NCBI RefSeq assembly: GCF_964355755.1
Contig: NC_092678.1
Span: 25,313,365-25,377,364 of the forward strand
DNA length: 64,000 bases
Direction of reading: 5' to 3'
Origin: Antedon mediterranea
Lineage: Eukaryota > Animalia > Echinodermata
Position numbers and translations under genes: made by a program
Shown here: positions 1 through 14,526 of the stretch, piece after piece
Numbering within the stretch: the stretch's first letter is position 1
Layout of the letters: every line of letters begins with the position of its first letter
Notes under the pieces: generated by a model
Told to the model about the DNA's origin: nothing
Seen by the model: the letters and a program-made list of their open reading frames with translations, nothing else
The model's database searches: none

Positions 1-2505
1 TAGAATGTAATTAGTGATAGTAATTACAATACACACACATTCCAGCCCAAGTGCTGTATTCACTCGTGCACGTCAGCCATCAAATTGATTTTTTTTTTTT
101 GATTTATTAGGGAAAAAACTGTCTAAATTCAGTTCAACAATTTTACAATGCGATGGTACTCGCGTTCAAAAACTTATAAAATATAATTTTGTGTATACGC
201 ATGCTCTTACCCATTTATGCTCATAGGTGACGAAAGGCAAAGTATTATCATGGACAGATGGAATGATATTATTGCATAACATTTAGAAATACGTTTTAAA
301 TAAATGATACAATAATTCTAAATCGATTTCGAGGAAAGACAAACATTTATCTGAAAAATGATACTGAATAGCATTACATTGGTGGCTTGTATATTGGTCT
401 CACCTGGTTACCACTTAAGCATACGGTTTTATCAATCAAACAGATATTTACTGATAGCTTTACGTTACACGCCTAGGGCGATGAGTTAGGCCTGCTAAGT
501 CTCACCTGAGGAACTAGGCCTATAAGTCGTTAAAGAAATACACCTGGTGTGAACAGGTAGCTAAGTCTAGACATAATATGTACATAATTATGAGCTGAAA
601 TATTCCCATCGTTAAAGATGATTCACACGGCTTTTAGACCAATTGATTGATCAATTAATTACGTTTTGTCTTTAAAATAGCAAACGATGTCATTCTAATT
701 AAAATCCATTCAAAATCTATGTTAGGGTTGTTGACAGTAATCAATAATAAACGGAATGTTCTTTATTAATAAAACGTCATTTTGTGTCCGCCCGTTTAAC
801 AAGATTCAAATAAATGTAGCGATGGGTCTGGGTATAGTGTGTGCATGCCTGCCTGGTGCAGCAGTAAATGGACTGAAATAGTGCATATTATCATTTAATT
901 TTTAAAAGGTTCTTTTGTCCAAAGACTTAATAGAATTAACGGTATATGTGACTTCGAATTGATATCTACTGTACCCCATGGACCAAACGCGTTATATGTG
1001 TCCATTTTGCGTTACATATTTTAGACCTAAACACACATTTGTAGGCCTACTAGTACTACTACTGGCCTTACATTTTTTTTTCAATTGACAACGGTGTCGC
1101 GCAATTGACAACGGTGTCGCGCAATTATTACACAATTTTTTCATTTTTAATTGATTTCTCAAATGCGTTGAAATAATCACAGAAGTTGAATTTATTAACA
1201 AACGTGCGTTGTTCATAATAACGTGGAGGGAATTTGTCGAAAATGAGCTAGAACTCATAAACTACGATGGAGAAAAGAAAAGAGCAGTCTTTTCAAACAC
1301 TGGAATCATTATGTAAATTTGATAAATTATCAATTGCATTCCTTCTGAATATGTTTTTACAAAACAAGCTAAATATACCTGCATTAACTATCGAAACTCT
1401 ACAAGGACGGGTTAACTGATATGAAGATAAGGAGCTAGCTACAAAATATGTGTTTACTTTGAAGAGGTCATGTATTTGTTATGGACATAAATTATAATAT
1501 TACTATTTATATACTGTTAATTGGGGTATTTTTACGGTGCTATTTTTGGTATGGTTTCCGTAAATCAACCTATGTTTATTTTTAATTTTATTAACATTTT
1601 TATAGGTTAATACTTGAAAATCAAACAATTACAACTCGAATGCTATTTGTTTAGCGATGTAAACAAAGCGTTTTATGTAATGTATTTTAGATAAAATAAA
1701 GCAAAATCTGTCCCTACAAAAAGAAAAGTAGTTTATTCTGCTTTATTAGAAAGTGAAATAATAATAATAACCTTATTGATTGTGAAGAATACGAAAACAA
1801 TTGTATTTCACAAGTTAGGTGAAAATTCCAGACAAGATAAGCCCGACGTTGTGGTATGTGATAATATGAATTTAAATTAGATATTAGCCTCAATTAGCCT
1901 ATCTTGAAATCTTTCCTGCACTGCACATTCCAACAATCTTTAGCTTTTAATTGTGTGGTTTGGGGACACTTTGGCCTTCATTGTTACTCGTCTAGATTCT
2001 TGTTTGCGTTTCAACCTAAATTAAAGGTAATCTAAAGGTAATCAGGTGTCGCATTGGAAACTTAAAACGTTTGAAAGTTAGCCACAAGTATGCGAGTAGC
2101 GTACTTTGTGTCCTCAGGGGGCAAGGGGTTAATATAAATGACATTCTGTGGAGGGTTAATATAAATGACATTCTGTGGATGGAGGGTTAATGTGACAAGG
2201 TTGTCATTCAGTACGTGTCTTTTAACATTAATGATTTTAATGTTGTCATTCTAAAGTTTTCAATATTCGGCATCAAAAAAAAAATTATCTATAAAAAAAA
2301 CAGGAATCGCAGCAATAGCCTGTAAAGAATTTTGTATACATGAATAAAATTTGGAATTGTTTCAACAAATATTCCAAAAGTATATTATACATCGTATTTA
2401 GTGGGGCGGATCCAGGATTTTGGAGGGACCAAAGGACCTACTGTACATTGATATTCATTAATTAATATTTAGTGGAACATATCCACATAGTTATGTATTA
2501 GGATA

Positions 2506-2860
2506 GATGATAGATGAACATGCATCAACATGCCGGTATAGTTGATGCGCACATCGAACCCCCGCGTATAAAATGGATATATGATAGGTGAACATGCATC
2601 AACATGCCGGTATAGTTGATGCGCACATCGAACCCCCGCGTATAAAATGGATAGATGATAGGTGAACATGCATCAACATGCCGGTATAGTTGATGCGCAC
2701 ATCGAACCCCCGCGTATAAAATGGATAGATGATAGGTGAACATGCATCAACATGCCGGTATAGTTGATGCGCACATCGAACCCCCGCGTATAAAATGGAT
2801 AGATGATAGGTGAACATACATCAACATGCCGGTATAGTTGATGCGCAGAATGAACCCCCG
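2506..2860. repeat. 74-bp tandem repeat, about 4.5 copies
   Basis: GATAGGTGAACATGCATCAACATGCCGGTATAGTTGATGCGCACATCGAACCCCCGCGTATAAAATGGATAGAT; the repeat-derived ORFs are offset by 74 nt. Confidence 0.93.
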
Positions 2861-3966
2861 CATTGGTATGTTTTACAGTGCAGGAAGAAATTCCAATAAA
2901 ATTATGAAACATTAAAAGTTTTGAATACAGTCCAAAACAAATATTTAAGTTATTAATATGAAGTTTATGAGTATTGCCACAATGTATTCTAAATGTCGAC
3001 GCCAGGATAAATAGTTAGACTAAATAAAAAGGGGGAAGTCGGACAACGTACGATACAATGTGTCAAGTACCACTACCGGAGGTACTCGTTCCAAATCGAT
3101 AAAGATCAATCTACACTATCAAACTTTATGTAACAAAACATGTGATGTGTCCATATATGGACATGGTGATGGCATATCATTATCATTTGGGCACATCATT
3201 TTGTCAAACTAGTTTGATAGTGTTTGATAGTGTAGACAGAGCTTTATATATCAATGCGCATTAAACTAGTTTGATAGTGTAGACAGAGCTTTATATATCA
3301 ATGCGCATTAAACTAGTTTGATAGTGTATAGACAGAGCTTTATATATCAATGCGCATTAACGGTATTGCATTGTATTAATAATAACATTGTTTATTTTAA
3401 TTATGTATACCAAATTTACAAAATACAATTTTAAAAGAACAAGTGGCCCGACCGACAAACCGACAGATAAATACATTACTGTAGATATCATTATAAAATG
3501 TTGAAAATCACACATAAGTTAGCCTCACTTTCTTAAGGTCTGCCAAGTAAGACCAAGTAGTGAGTTCAGTTCTTTGCATTATTCCCATACACTTAACTTA
3601 TTTTGGGATTACTGTTACATAATTGATATCGGTAACAATTAATTAATAGGTCTTATAACAGTGTTCAAATCCACGTAACATTAATAATATGTTTTTATAT
3701 TGTTACGTATTCATGTTATTAGTTGAGCTGTTAATCTAATCGTCTGCTGCCCAGGGACTCGACAAGTTTAAGTCATGTCTTTGCTTCTGACGTAACTAGA
3801 CTGATTTAGTATATCATATTAATACTAGTACTTAAGGTTGGATGATTGTATTATATTACAATCATGAGTGAATGAGTACTTTCAACAGTTATTATAACAC
3901 CCCAGGGTGAAATTAGTGTTGGCCCGAGGCCCAATCAAACTTATTAAACCCATGTAGACTTCTTAA

Positions 3967-4275
3967 GGCCTGTTTACACAGACGACAAGCGGTAACGGTA
4001 AAGCTTGGTTCCCACTAGAGACGCAACGCAAGAACGTAGACGAGCGAGTTGACCAATGACAGTTTTGAATAATTCATCACTTGTGATTGGCCAAATCACT
4101 TAAGTTGCGTTCCGTGTGTTGCGTTTCTAGTGAGAACTAAGCTTAAGTTAAAAACTGCGTAGCTTGTCCCACGTAGAATCTGTAGGCTATCAAGCCTGAC
4201 TCCGCGTTGTGTGTAAATTGTCAAGGAATAACATAGATTTGTATGGCCGTTACCGCTCGTCTGTGTGAATTGGCC
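3967..4275. mobile_element. Harbinger-like MITE containing a nested family-B MITE (4002-4143)
   Basis: Outer TIRs GGCCTGTTTACACAGACGA..GCGGTAACGG / CCGTTACCGCTCGTCTGTGTGAATTGGCC; inner AGCTTGGTTCCCACTAG...CTAGTGAGAACTAAGCT flanked by TAA on both sides. Confidence 0.8.
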
Positions 4276-5651
4276 TTAAGCAGAGAAGATGTGTCCCTCT
4301 CTGTTTTTAGTTAGGTCTCACTGTCAACAGTATACTTTTATTGTATTCAGCTGTATTATATAGGTATATGCCTAGGTCTTATGTAGGTATGAGGCCTGCG
4401 ACATTTTAAACATTTTGTGGTATTTCATATTTTACCAGAGTACCTGTGAACCACGTAATTCCAATAGTAGGTTAAATGTTGAATGCGTAGGAATATGTTA
4501 TGTCATAAATGACTGTTAACATTATTACATCGCGATCATTATTATAGTCGTACAAAGGTTTTTTTACTCGGCTCCGCCTCATTAAAAATAGGGCAGTCAA
4601 TGTATTCTATGTTAGTAGTATAGTACTCTCTTTGGTTTACACTACTGTAGGCCTATGTCCAACGGGTTTCGATAATATTCAAGTGGTTTGGAGGTTTGGT
4701 GCCATGCGTCAATGTATAAAGGAATGAGTTCAAATACCAATCCAATCATTATCAGTCTTTTGTGTATGTTTCAACATTTATTATATCATAAGACCTTGAT
4801 GAATACATTAGGTAAATAATTATTACTGATATTTAGACAATAATATTTTTGCGACAGTGAAGGTTGTGGTTCGCTATCTAGCACGTATATCTATACTTGT
4901 TTTCGATACACTGTCTAGTAGTATTCGACGTAGTATTGTGTTCTACAACGGGTATTGCGTAAATGTTGTGGACACCGTCCGCAAAGGAAATGGGCGAATT
5001 TCCTAGAAAACAGCATTGTTGTTTTAGACAAAACAACAAAAACGAATAGGAGTTGTGCGATGTTCTTAAAGGAGGGAAAATGGTACCAAAACGGTACTGT
5101 TTTCCCGCCTTTTAACGTAAACTGATATATTTAAATACCGATATTTTTTTAAATATAAAACGTTACTTATTTTACTTACTAAGTTATTTTGATTAAAACA
5201 GTGTAGGAATTAAGCTGTGCCTACACTATCAAACTAGTTTGAAAACAAATGTGTGATGTGCCCAAATATGTTTCATCAGCCTCTTTTCCCCTTCCTCATA
5301 TCATCCTGAAAGTATAGTGGTGTATTGGCTATAAAAGTGTAAGCTTTGTTTATTATTAGAAATATTTAAAAAGGAAGTTATAAATGGTTATAATTAGCCG
5401 CACGCGATTGAATACAGAGGTTAAATGATTGACCTCCTCTAGTACAAAATGACAATGGTCACAATGTGAACACACGTTGGTGGTCGTTTACCTGTGTTCA
5501 TTGATAGTCTGTTAGTGGTTAAAGTAACCCACTTTAATTGTATGTTTAAAAGCAATTACATATTTATGGTAAATCGTTTGAATAATATGTGGAAGAACCC
5601 GGAAACACCCACTAGAAACATTTACTGTAACTAATTTTACATTAAACTTCG

Positions 5652-5858
5652 ACTTACTTACTTACTTACCGTACTTACTTTAATACTTATTTACTTACCT
5701 ACTTACATCTTACTTACATTATTTACTTATACTTACTTACTTACTGACATACGTACTTATATACTTACTCAACTTACTTACTTATTTACTTACTTACTTA
5801 CATACGTACTTATATACTTACTTAACTTACTTTACTTAGGCCTACTTACTTATTTATC
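5652..5858. repeat. Degenerate (TTAC)n microsatellite
   Basis: Runs of acttacttac. Confidence 0.9.
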
Positions 5859-6077
5859 GTAAATGACCAATCCAGGTGTACAATGGATCGTACCATTTCA
5901 ATCAACCGTTTTATCTGCCAACATACACCTAATTTAAATAAAGTGTTATCTTATCACAAATCATCAGACACTTCACACCCAGGGCACGCATTGAACACGG
6001 GCGTTTAAACTCTGATGAAAATGGTACGCGTGCGTTGATGTTTTGTTACCGTTTTTGTTCTTACAAACAAACAAATT

Positions 6078-6411
6078 ATGTTAACGTACCGTATAAGTAG
6101 GTACAAATGTATAACGTGTGTGCTAACGTACCGTATAAGTAGGTACAAATGTTTAACGTGTGTGTTAACGTACCGTATAAGTAGGTACAAATGTTTAACG
6201 TGTGTGTTAACGTACCGTATAAGTAGGTACAAATGTTTAACGTGTGTGTTAACGTACCGTATAAGTAGGTACAAATGTTTAACGTGTGTGTTAACGTACC
6301 GTATAAGTAGATACAAATGTTTAACGTGTGTGTTAACGTACCGTATAAGTAGGTACAAATGTTTAACGTGTGTGTTAACGTACCGTGTAAGTAGGTACAA
6401 ATGTTTAACGT
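6078..6411. repeat. 42-bp minisatellite, about 8 copies
   Basis: TGTTAACGTACCGTATAAGTAGGTACAAATGTTTAACGTGTG. Confidence 0.95.
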
Positions 6412-7944
6412 ATGCCTTTCGGTAGCATGCTATTTCTATTATGTTGTTGGTATGTATACAATCATCAAATATTAGTGATGCTTATCGATAATAAACTCAT
6501 CAACATTTACCCACCCGGCAAAATTAATTTCACTTAAAGCTATAGATAATACCAGATAGAGCCGTTACACTTATCTCAAATACTGTCAGGTTTACGCAAC
6601 CCCCCTTTCCCCCTTCCCTGGGGATTAATAAGTAGTTGATGTATATCAGTTCTCATCATCAGTAATAAGCGGTTTTAACCACCGGTTATTAATTTGTAAA
6701 TGCGGTTATGTGTGAACGCACACGGATACTGAAAGTGAAATGTACATAGGACATGACGTCACTATCCGTCTTTATTCCGAATTAGGAAATCTGTGTCGAG
6801 CTACCCAAAGGGTGCAATCCCTGGACCCAACAAACCTTCACCACATTTACGATATTGGAATTTTCCAGAAATGTTCAGTGCTTATATGGGCATTGGTACT
6901 TGGTTGGTTGTATGTTCTGCTTCTCGGACTATCACATGGGGGGAGGGGGTGTTTGACAGACCATAGAGATATTATAATATCTCTATGGACAGACATATTA
7001 TCATATATAATGTGTGAGGTTTCCATGGATAACAGATTAGAATTACTAAAATATATAACTTCGTTCTTCTTTCAATTATGAGATGATAAAAGTAAACTTT
7101 TGAGACATAGCTATATTCCATTTCCGTCTTTCTGCGAGCAGACGACAGTAAATATGAAAGTACTGATCTGTTTTATAAAATATACACATTGTAAACATTG
7201 GCAGCAGGAAATTTCTAATTTGTGGCTTATATTTGAATATTATCACATGATGTTGTTAATTATAAAATAGAGGAGTAAATTATTTTACTTTTACTCGATA
7301 CTGACTAACATTGTATGTCAAGCACTTATACTTTATCAAAAGCTTAATTCCTACTTTGAGACAAAGTAAAGTACTTGGACCAATCACAATTGTTAATCCA
7401 AACTGTCGATTGTAATTGGTCCTTGCGTTGCGCGTATGGCATTTAGTTGCGCGTAGGCCATTGCGTTGCGCGTTTGCCCTTACGTTGCAACTAATGTTTT
7501 AATAAATAACCATATTTTTTTTATTAATTTTAATCAAACACCAATGACGTAGGTTTTCCTCTGCCGGGCTACATAATATATATTAATATCGTTTTTTTAA
7601 TATGTTGCTAATATTATTAAATAAACAAACAAGTGTGTGCACTACTGGTGCTAGATTCCTTTTACGTATGTTGTGATTTGGCCAAAGTGTTTCTATACAC
7701 GGACACAAAAGTAAATTAATAAAATATATTGTTAATTATTATTATAAATCAACTTTCAACAAGTTTATTGACGTAAATCTGTAGATAATTGACTTGTTGG
7801 AGTTGTAGTGCAAACTTATTGAATTAACGGTGTTGTTTGGCGTCCCGTAGGTTGAACGGTGTTGTTTGGCATCCCGTAGGTTGAACAACCTCTTATCTTT
7901 TTATTATATTCTTTTTTAAATAAATACATTTCTCTTTGAATGTT

Positions 7945-8297
7945 CACGCTTTCTACAACAAGGCATCCAGGTTGATCATGCGTTGACTGGTTGTGCACGC
8001 TTTCTACAACAAGGCATCCAGGTTGATCATGCGTTGACTGGTTGTGCACGCTTTCTACAACAAGGCATCCAGGTTGATCATGCGTTGACTGGTTGTGCAC
8101 GCTTTCTACAACAAGGCATCCAGGTTGATCATGCGTTGACTGGTTGTGCACGCTTTCTACAACAAGGCATCCAGGTTGATCATGCGTTGAATGGTTGTGC
8201 ACGCTTTCTACAACAAGGCATCCAGGTTGATCATGCGTTGACTGGTTGTGCACGCTTTCTACAACAAGGCATCCAGGTTGATCATGCGTTGACTGGT
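7945..8297. repeat. 51-bp minisatellite, about 7 copies
   Basis: CACGCTTTCTACAACAAGGCATCCAGGTTGATCATGCGTTGACTGGTTGTG. Confidence 0.95.
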
Positions 8298-8834
8298 TTT
8301 TTAAGGTCGATCATTATTTACCTGTCAGTTAGAGAGAGCCGCAAGTTTTTGTTTTTTTTTTTCACTTTTTTTGTCGGTCCCTTATAAAATGTGTTTTTCC
8401 TTATCGTATCTAAATCATGAATCTAAGTTCTTACTTAGATTTATCAGCCTTAAATAGGCTAATCTAAGCCTTTTGATTAATACCTCAGCCATACGAAACA
8501 ATTCCCACTTGTAAAGGTGCATTTATTACAGTTTACCAGTCTACCACCGGAAGATATAGATAAGTTAATGTCTTCATTTCGGAAACAAACCAAGGTTGAA
8601 GAAATACGATGATATGTTTTTAAGATCCAACTGCTTAACAAAAAAAACAACAAGAGATATATCATCAAGAGTTATGTACTAACATCCATCTCAATGCCCA
8701 CTGTATTTAAAGCCCATATATGGACAAGATGATGTCATATGACTATTTGGGCATATCACTACCATATTTGGACACATCACACTTTTTTGTCAAACTAGTT
8801 TGATGATGTAGACGGAACTTAAGTTAGGCATTGG

Positions 8835-9110
8835 AGAGGGAGGGTGGACGTTGAACTATTGATGGAGGAATCGTGGGTTCGAATCCAACTCTCACTCTCC
8901 AACTTAGGCAAGACACTTTACTTACGTTAGCCTCGCTCAACCCAGGTGTATAAATGGTTACCTGGTAGAGGTCAATACACAATGCGCTGATTACCGACTG
9001 CATGTATGTATGACTGGGAGTATGTTTCCATCAATTCCATGTTTTATCCAAAAAAATTAAAATATAAGCGTGAAGCGCTTAGAGGCGTTAAGCGCTATAT
9101 AAGATCAAAC
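8835..9110 (+). mobile_element. tRNA-derived SINE with a Meta/CORE-like central domain and an L2-like tail
   Basis: B box GGTTCGAATCC (about 8876), body GGCAAGACACTTTA..GCCTCGCTCAACCCAGGTGTATAAATGGTTACCTGG, tail GTGAAGCGCTTAGAG..AAGCGCTATATAA. Confidence 0.75.
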
Positions 9111-12100
9111 GTGTTAATTTTAGTATTATATAATATTTTTTCCAATATGTGAACATTTAATTCTAAATTTCCAAGAAAATTGTTGAACTACGGGACAATT
9201 TGAAAGTGGTTCCTAATGATTTTACCAAGTGTGTGGTATTGCTTTGTATAGAGTTTCCTCAAAAGGGAAAACTGAGAGGGAATCATGGGAGAAAAATAAT
9301 TTTCCAGACATAAAAATGTAGGACCATCTTTAGTTAAATTCGGGTTGATCGTGTCACCTTGGTGGGGTAAAAAATTAACTAGAGCTTGACGCAACAAGGA
9401 TGTAAGCGCGACGCAATATACTTGACCAATCAAAAGGGGAAAAACATCTAAATTGTAGCTTGTGATTGGTCAGCTTACGTACGCCCTGGGAACCTAACAG
9501 AAGATGTAATATTCTAAAAATAGTCAATGTTTTACATTTGTTAATAATATTTTGTTTGTTTTTTGGTGACGTAATTTGAAATAAACATGTCAATAACAAG
9601 TATCGAAAACATCGCAATTTATCCAGGAACTTGAAGTTAATCAAATATTATGATATTGATAAAAATACTACAGAATCATATAACTATTGTTGGAATTACC
9701 AGTTATCATATTTTAGGCCCTCTTACGCACGGCGCCGTTGATATTATAACCACGATAGGAGGCGGATCCAGGACATTATATACCTGGTATTGTTGGCCAA
9801 TTCATGGCAGGTGGCATGTAAGGGATGGAGGCGGAGAGGAGGGGACGTTTGTTTATTTAACGGATTTAATAAATATATTGTATTAATTAACTTTTGCGTC
9901 CGCGTTTAGAAACACTTTCGCCACAACATACGTAAAAGGAATCTAGCACCAGTAGTAGGTGCGTTCTCTTCTTGACGACCCACGGAATACGTAAAAGGGG
10001 CGTGTCCTACAATTCTGTATCAGAAAGGGAGTGGAGGTTTGTTCTCTTTTGGATCCACACATAAACCCACGGAATAGTTCTTAAAAAAAGGGGCGTGTCC
10101 TACATTTCTGTATCATCATACCATATTTAGATTATGTAAATATTGTCCTTCTAGGAACATATTAGTTGTAGACACTTAACAACCTTTTCTTAATGAGTCA
10201 AAACATCCTATTACTGTACATGACACGCCTGCTTATCTACTCTCATTAATGTTGATATATCCATTTAACCGTAAGTTATACAGCTTCAACAAACCATGAA
10301 TGAAAGTGGATGTATTGTGGAATGTAAATGGAAGTAATGATCATTAATATGTTGGTATCCTAAAAATAAAACTATCGAAATGTTGCATATTAATGTATTA
10401 TTTTTAGAAGTGAAAGTACCATTTGTGTTGACAGATAAACGAACGTAGCGAGTGATTCTAACATTTAGCGCACGCGCACACACAAGGTTTAGTATTGACA
10501 CGTCACGCGGCGCATGCGTTGTGTGAATGTGTAGGAACGGTATAGCGAGTTGCTCGTCCATCGGTTCTTCGGTAGATTAACAAAATGACTAAATCACTTC
10601 AGCCTTGTATATTATTTTTGGCTGTAAGGCAAGTTTTTCTTTTATTGATGAAATAAATATTATTATTGAATTGAACTGCGGAAGGCATAGCCACAGATCT
10701 ACGCCACCTTCAGTTCATTTCGATGTCTGTAAATAAATAATCTATATTTTTCATAATTGTTACCATCTTATTTCGTAAACAATTATTGATATTTAAGAGT
10801 AAACAAGACATATTTTATAGATGATTGCAGACCAGATAATGCTAAAAATATACTTTTATATAAATAATACCAACCAACAAAAACATGTTGAGTTATCATC
10901 CGGGATCTGTTTATCAGATATTGGAGTTTATTGGATAATAAGCTACTGTGATTTGAAACGGATATTATGTACTATCTATTGTTGCCATGGCAGCCAATCG
11001 CCTAATATGGGAAACTTTCACTCAATAAATGCCACGATATCTCAACAAAAACTTTAAGCTTATCAACTGAACGCGAATAATGTTACACAAAATATGCTTT
11101 GTATTTTAATTTTTTTATTTTATTTATTCACTCTGTTGATCAAAGTGGATCAAACTGGATCAAACAAGAACAAATAGCCTACACAGAAAAGTACAAAAAG
11201 CAACTTATTTCCACTGTGGTCCCTAAATGTAATTAAATTTTTACCAATAACTAATTATGTACAGTATATTGTATTTTACTATTTGGCCATTTTCTTTATA
11301 CGATCCGAATGTGTACATTCTAATGGTGTTATAGCTCGTTAAATTTCCTCTTTGTGATATTTTTCACTCATAATTTATTCTTTATTTCAAACCAACAGTG
11401 ACAATTTTATTAGACCTATATTTCAATTTTTAACGAAAGTTTCCACTTAAAGGTATGAAAGAGAAAACAGATACACTGAATACTCTATATATAACAAAGC
11501 AACTTAAATAAATATGTAACTAGTGAAAATTAGCCTATTGAGTACAATGGTGTAATATGTAATATGTTATTAGTATGCATAACGTATGAGCATTTACTTT
11601 CGATGAGAGCGATGTTAAATGATTGAAGCGTGGACTGGGGTATGTAACATTCAAATTCCATTATACAACTCCTCGAGTTCGATTTGACAACAGGCCGCCT
11701 AGCTAAGCTGAGAAAACAACTTGGGTTATTTTAGAGCTAATTTGCGGTTTTTGTCACTTCCTCCTGCTACCAATGAAGTAATACATGGTGTGTGGGTTCT
11801 CTTAATATATATCAGAATAAATAATAGTGCCTAACATTTTGATTTCAATTATTTAAGCATAGAAGAATAAAGAACGTACTCAAGTGGATATGATCTCTAT
11901 TGATAAGTCTGTGCCAGGTAGCGGTGACTTGGTTTCCATGGTTTATTGTCAATGTTTACGCAACGTTAAAATTGACATACAATTACCCATTTTTACTCAT
12001 TCGTGATTTTCTATACAAATTAAAGTTTATTAAGAGAATGAGAGATTGTGTTGAGATATTCCAAAAATTCAGTGGTTTTTATTTTACGGGGATAAAAATT

Positions 12101-12337
12101 AAATATTTTCCGATATCTACACCAAAGATGACGCAACTATAATCACCCGATCGTTCTATTTAGTATTATTTTTAAAACTTAAATCACATTAATTGTCGTT
12201 TTGTGTAAGATTTCAGAAAAAGGAGCCCTCCATGTTTTTAAATAATTACGGAAAGAAAATATATTACTTGATTTTTTTGAGCGAAAACATAATTATAATG
12301 TAACAATAACTATAATAATGTTAAACAATGTAATTTC

Positions 12338-12420
12338 GGTCGGTCGGTCTGTCGGTCTGTCTGTCGGTCCGGTATCACTATGCGTTTTAGCACGTGACTT
12401 ATGGCTGTTAGCCTTGTTTT
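12338..12420 (+). mobile_element. Helentron-associated (DINE/HINE-like) remnant
   Basis: (GTCG/GTCT)n microsatellite followed by an end reading ..GCCTTGTTTTT; an inverse-orientation look-alike lies at about 3438-3470. Confidence 0.4.
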
Positions 12421-14526
12421 TAATGATCTGGCATTTTTAATTGTAATGTGTAGAAAATTATATTATCAGACTGTTGTATGATTCCAATGGCCGTGAAAGG
12501 AAATAATATTAGTTGGTTTTCAACTACAGTAACTCAGCGAACATCTATAATAATGTTGTGTAATTTTTAAATGGTAGGGCCTATTTGTAATTGTTAGTTG
12601 GGTAAAAAAACAAAATGATATTTTCAAACTGTTGTGTGATTCCAATGATCGTGAACTAGTAAATCCCATAGGTTTCATGCATACCAGGGAGTCTAACGTA
12701 CTTTTGTGGCTAAATGTTAGTTTATCCGTTAGTCCCCAAGAGAACGCCGTCTTCTATTTACGTACCATGCCAGTAGGCGCGTCAACACATACGACAAAAA
12801 TAGTACATTCACAACCGCAGCATACTACTCGTCTTGTTTCTGTTAAAATTCGGTAATTTCATCTGTATTAAATGACATGTTTTGTTCACATTTACACGCG
12901 TTCACTGCACACAATTTACTGTATTGCGTGATAGTGTTGTCGTTCGCTGATTTATTGGCGCGAATTCGTTTCCGGAAAGGTTGCTATGTGGATTGGGAGT
13001 TAGGCTGTTTTGAGTAGGGCGGACGTGGTCGACTAATTGTTGATTGATATTTATTTTTGGATATTTTATACCCAATAGCCTTTGGCTCAACATATATGTT
13101 TTAGCGTTACTTTTTAATTGAAAATATCAGAAAACAAAATGTTTTACGCAAGATATTGATTATCGATAGAGATAGTCATACTTGGTCAGTATTAAATTAC
13201 TTGATATCGATCAATAGCCTCTTAACACCTAGGCGTGGGCGATAACAAATAAATTTAACTTAGAGTTATATCTTTGTTGCTAAAATATAGGTACGGGATT
13301 CTTGAATTACTACACAGCCTAATATGTTTTACGCGCGCGTTTAAACGTTGATGATGATCACTGGATATACGCATGCGTTCAAACGTTGATGATATTGGTT
13401 ATATACGCGTGCGTTCAAACGTTGATGATATTGGTTATGTACGCGCGCGTTCAATTTGTGTCTATTCGTTATGAACGGTCAACGCGCCTATAGTTCATAA
13501 ATCATCCTTATTAATATGTCGTTTCCGAGGTCCTATAGACGTCATCAAACCCAACTATCTGGACGTAATTGAACACTAGTTTTTTCTCATAAGAGGTTTA
13601 CGCCCAATCTTATATTTCGGCGATGACGTCATATACATAGTAATCATCGTCATATGAAATTTTGATTTTAGATCAAAAGATGACAATAGTGTACTTTTAG
13701 AAGGCTCCGCCTAATGTAGGCATGCGTTCTGGTATGTATGTTGGTTTTTTTTAATTATATCATTTATTTGCTTATTTAATTGAGCGAATGATTAACATTG
13801 CTTACAATTTGTCAAATATTTGCTTAATACTATAGCCCTGAATCACACATTGTTCATCATCTTAAAGCAGCCGGACAAAGAAACTATAAAATAGAATGCA
13901 TTTTGGGGATTCTGATGACGTCATCATACCGTTTTCCCAAAGGGCGCACAATTGTCAATATCTTCGTAGGTCTCAACACATTTAACATTTTTGCGGAGAG
14001 AGGAAAAAATCTAACCTTGGCTTTTTGCTCTTTTAAACGGATGCGGAAATGTGTCGAATGTGGCAATAAATAATGTTCGTTGTCGCCGAGTCGATTTTTT
14101 TTATGTTCGGATTGCGAAACCGTCTCCCAGACAACCGAGTCCGTTTGTCCATGATTATCGAACAGTTCGTACTGTACGCAACAAACCTAAACCGAAGATG
14201 GCGCCATTTAAAAAAATTGTGTCTTGTATAACGTGTAGCTTACCAAGATGAGTAGGTCTATCATTTTATTTCTATAAAGAACTTAATTTAATGCAAACAG
14301 GGTTGATTTTGGTTCTGGAACTGATTTGTGGATTCGAACCTGGGTCTTTCGTGCGCATAAACAGTAAAGTGTATACTCTGAACTATTCACGTGTTCTGCA
14401 TGCATTACAGCGCACATTCGTGCATTTCTTTGTGTGAGAAATCAAAGTATCGGGTTCGATTCCTGGGTTTAGCCTTTGTATACAATTCAATATATAATAT
14501 TATTAGAATCAATGTTTCCAGAATAA

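Noticed and set aside
2506-2860. Same 74-bp period as the large satellite at 21575
   Set aside because: The sequences are unrelated; treated as coincidence
2469-8387. Repeat-peptide ORFs at 2469-2912, 6005-6425 and 7816-8387 (likewise 47832-48219, 51186-51500 and 63014-63766)
   Set aside because: Each coincides exactly with a tandem repeat
8860-8900. GGTTCGAATCC as a possible tRNA gene (also 14330 and 14453)
   Set aside because: No complete cloverleaf or acceptor stem; at 8876 the downstream sequence is SINE body
9135-9375. Minus-strand YHTLGKIIRNHFQI, faintly like a Penelope ORF segment
   Set aside because: Too short and degenerate to call without a profile search
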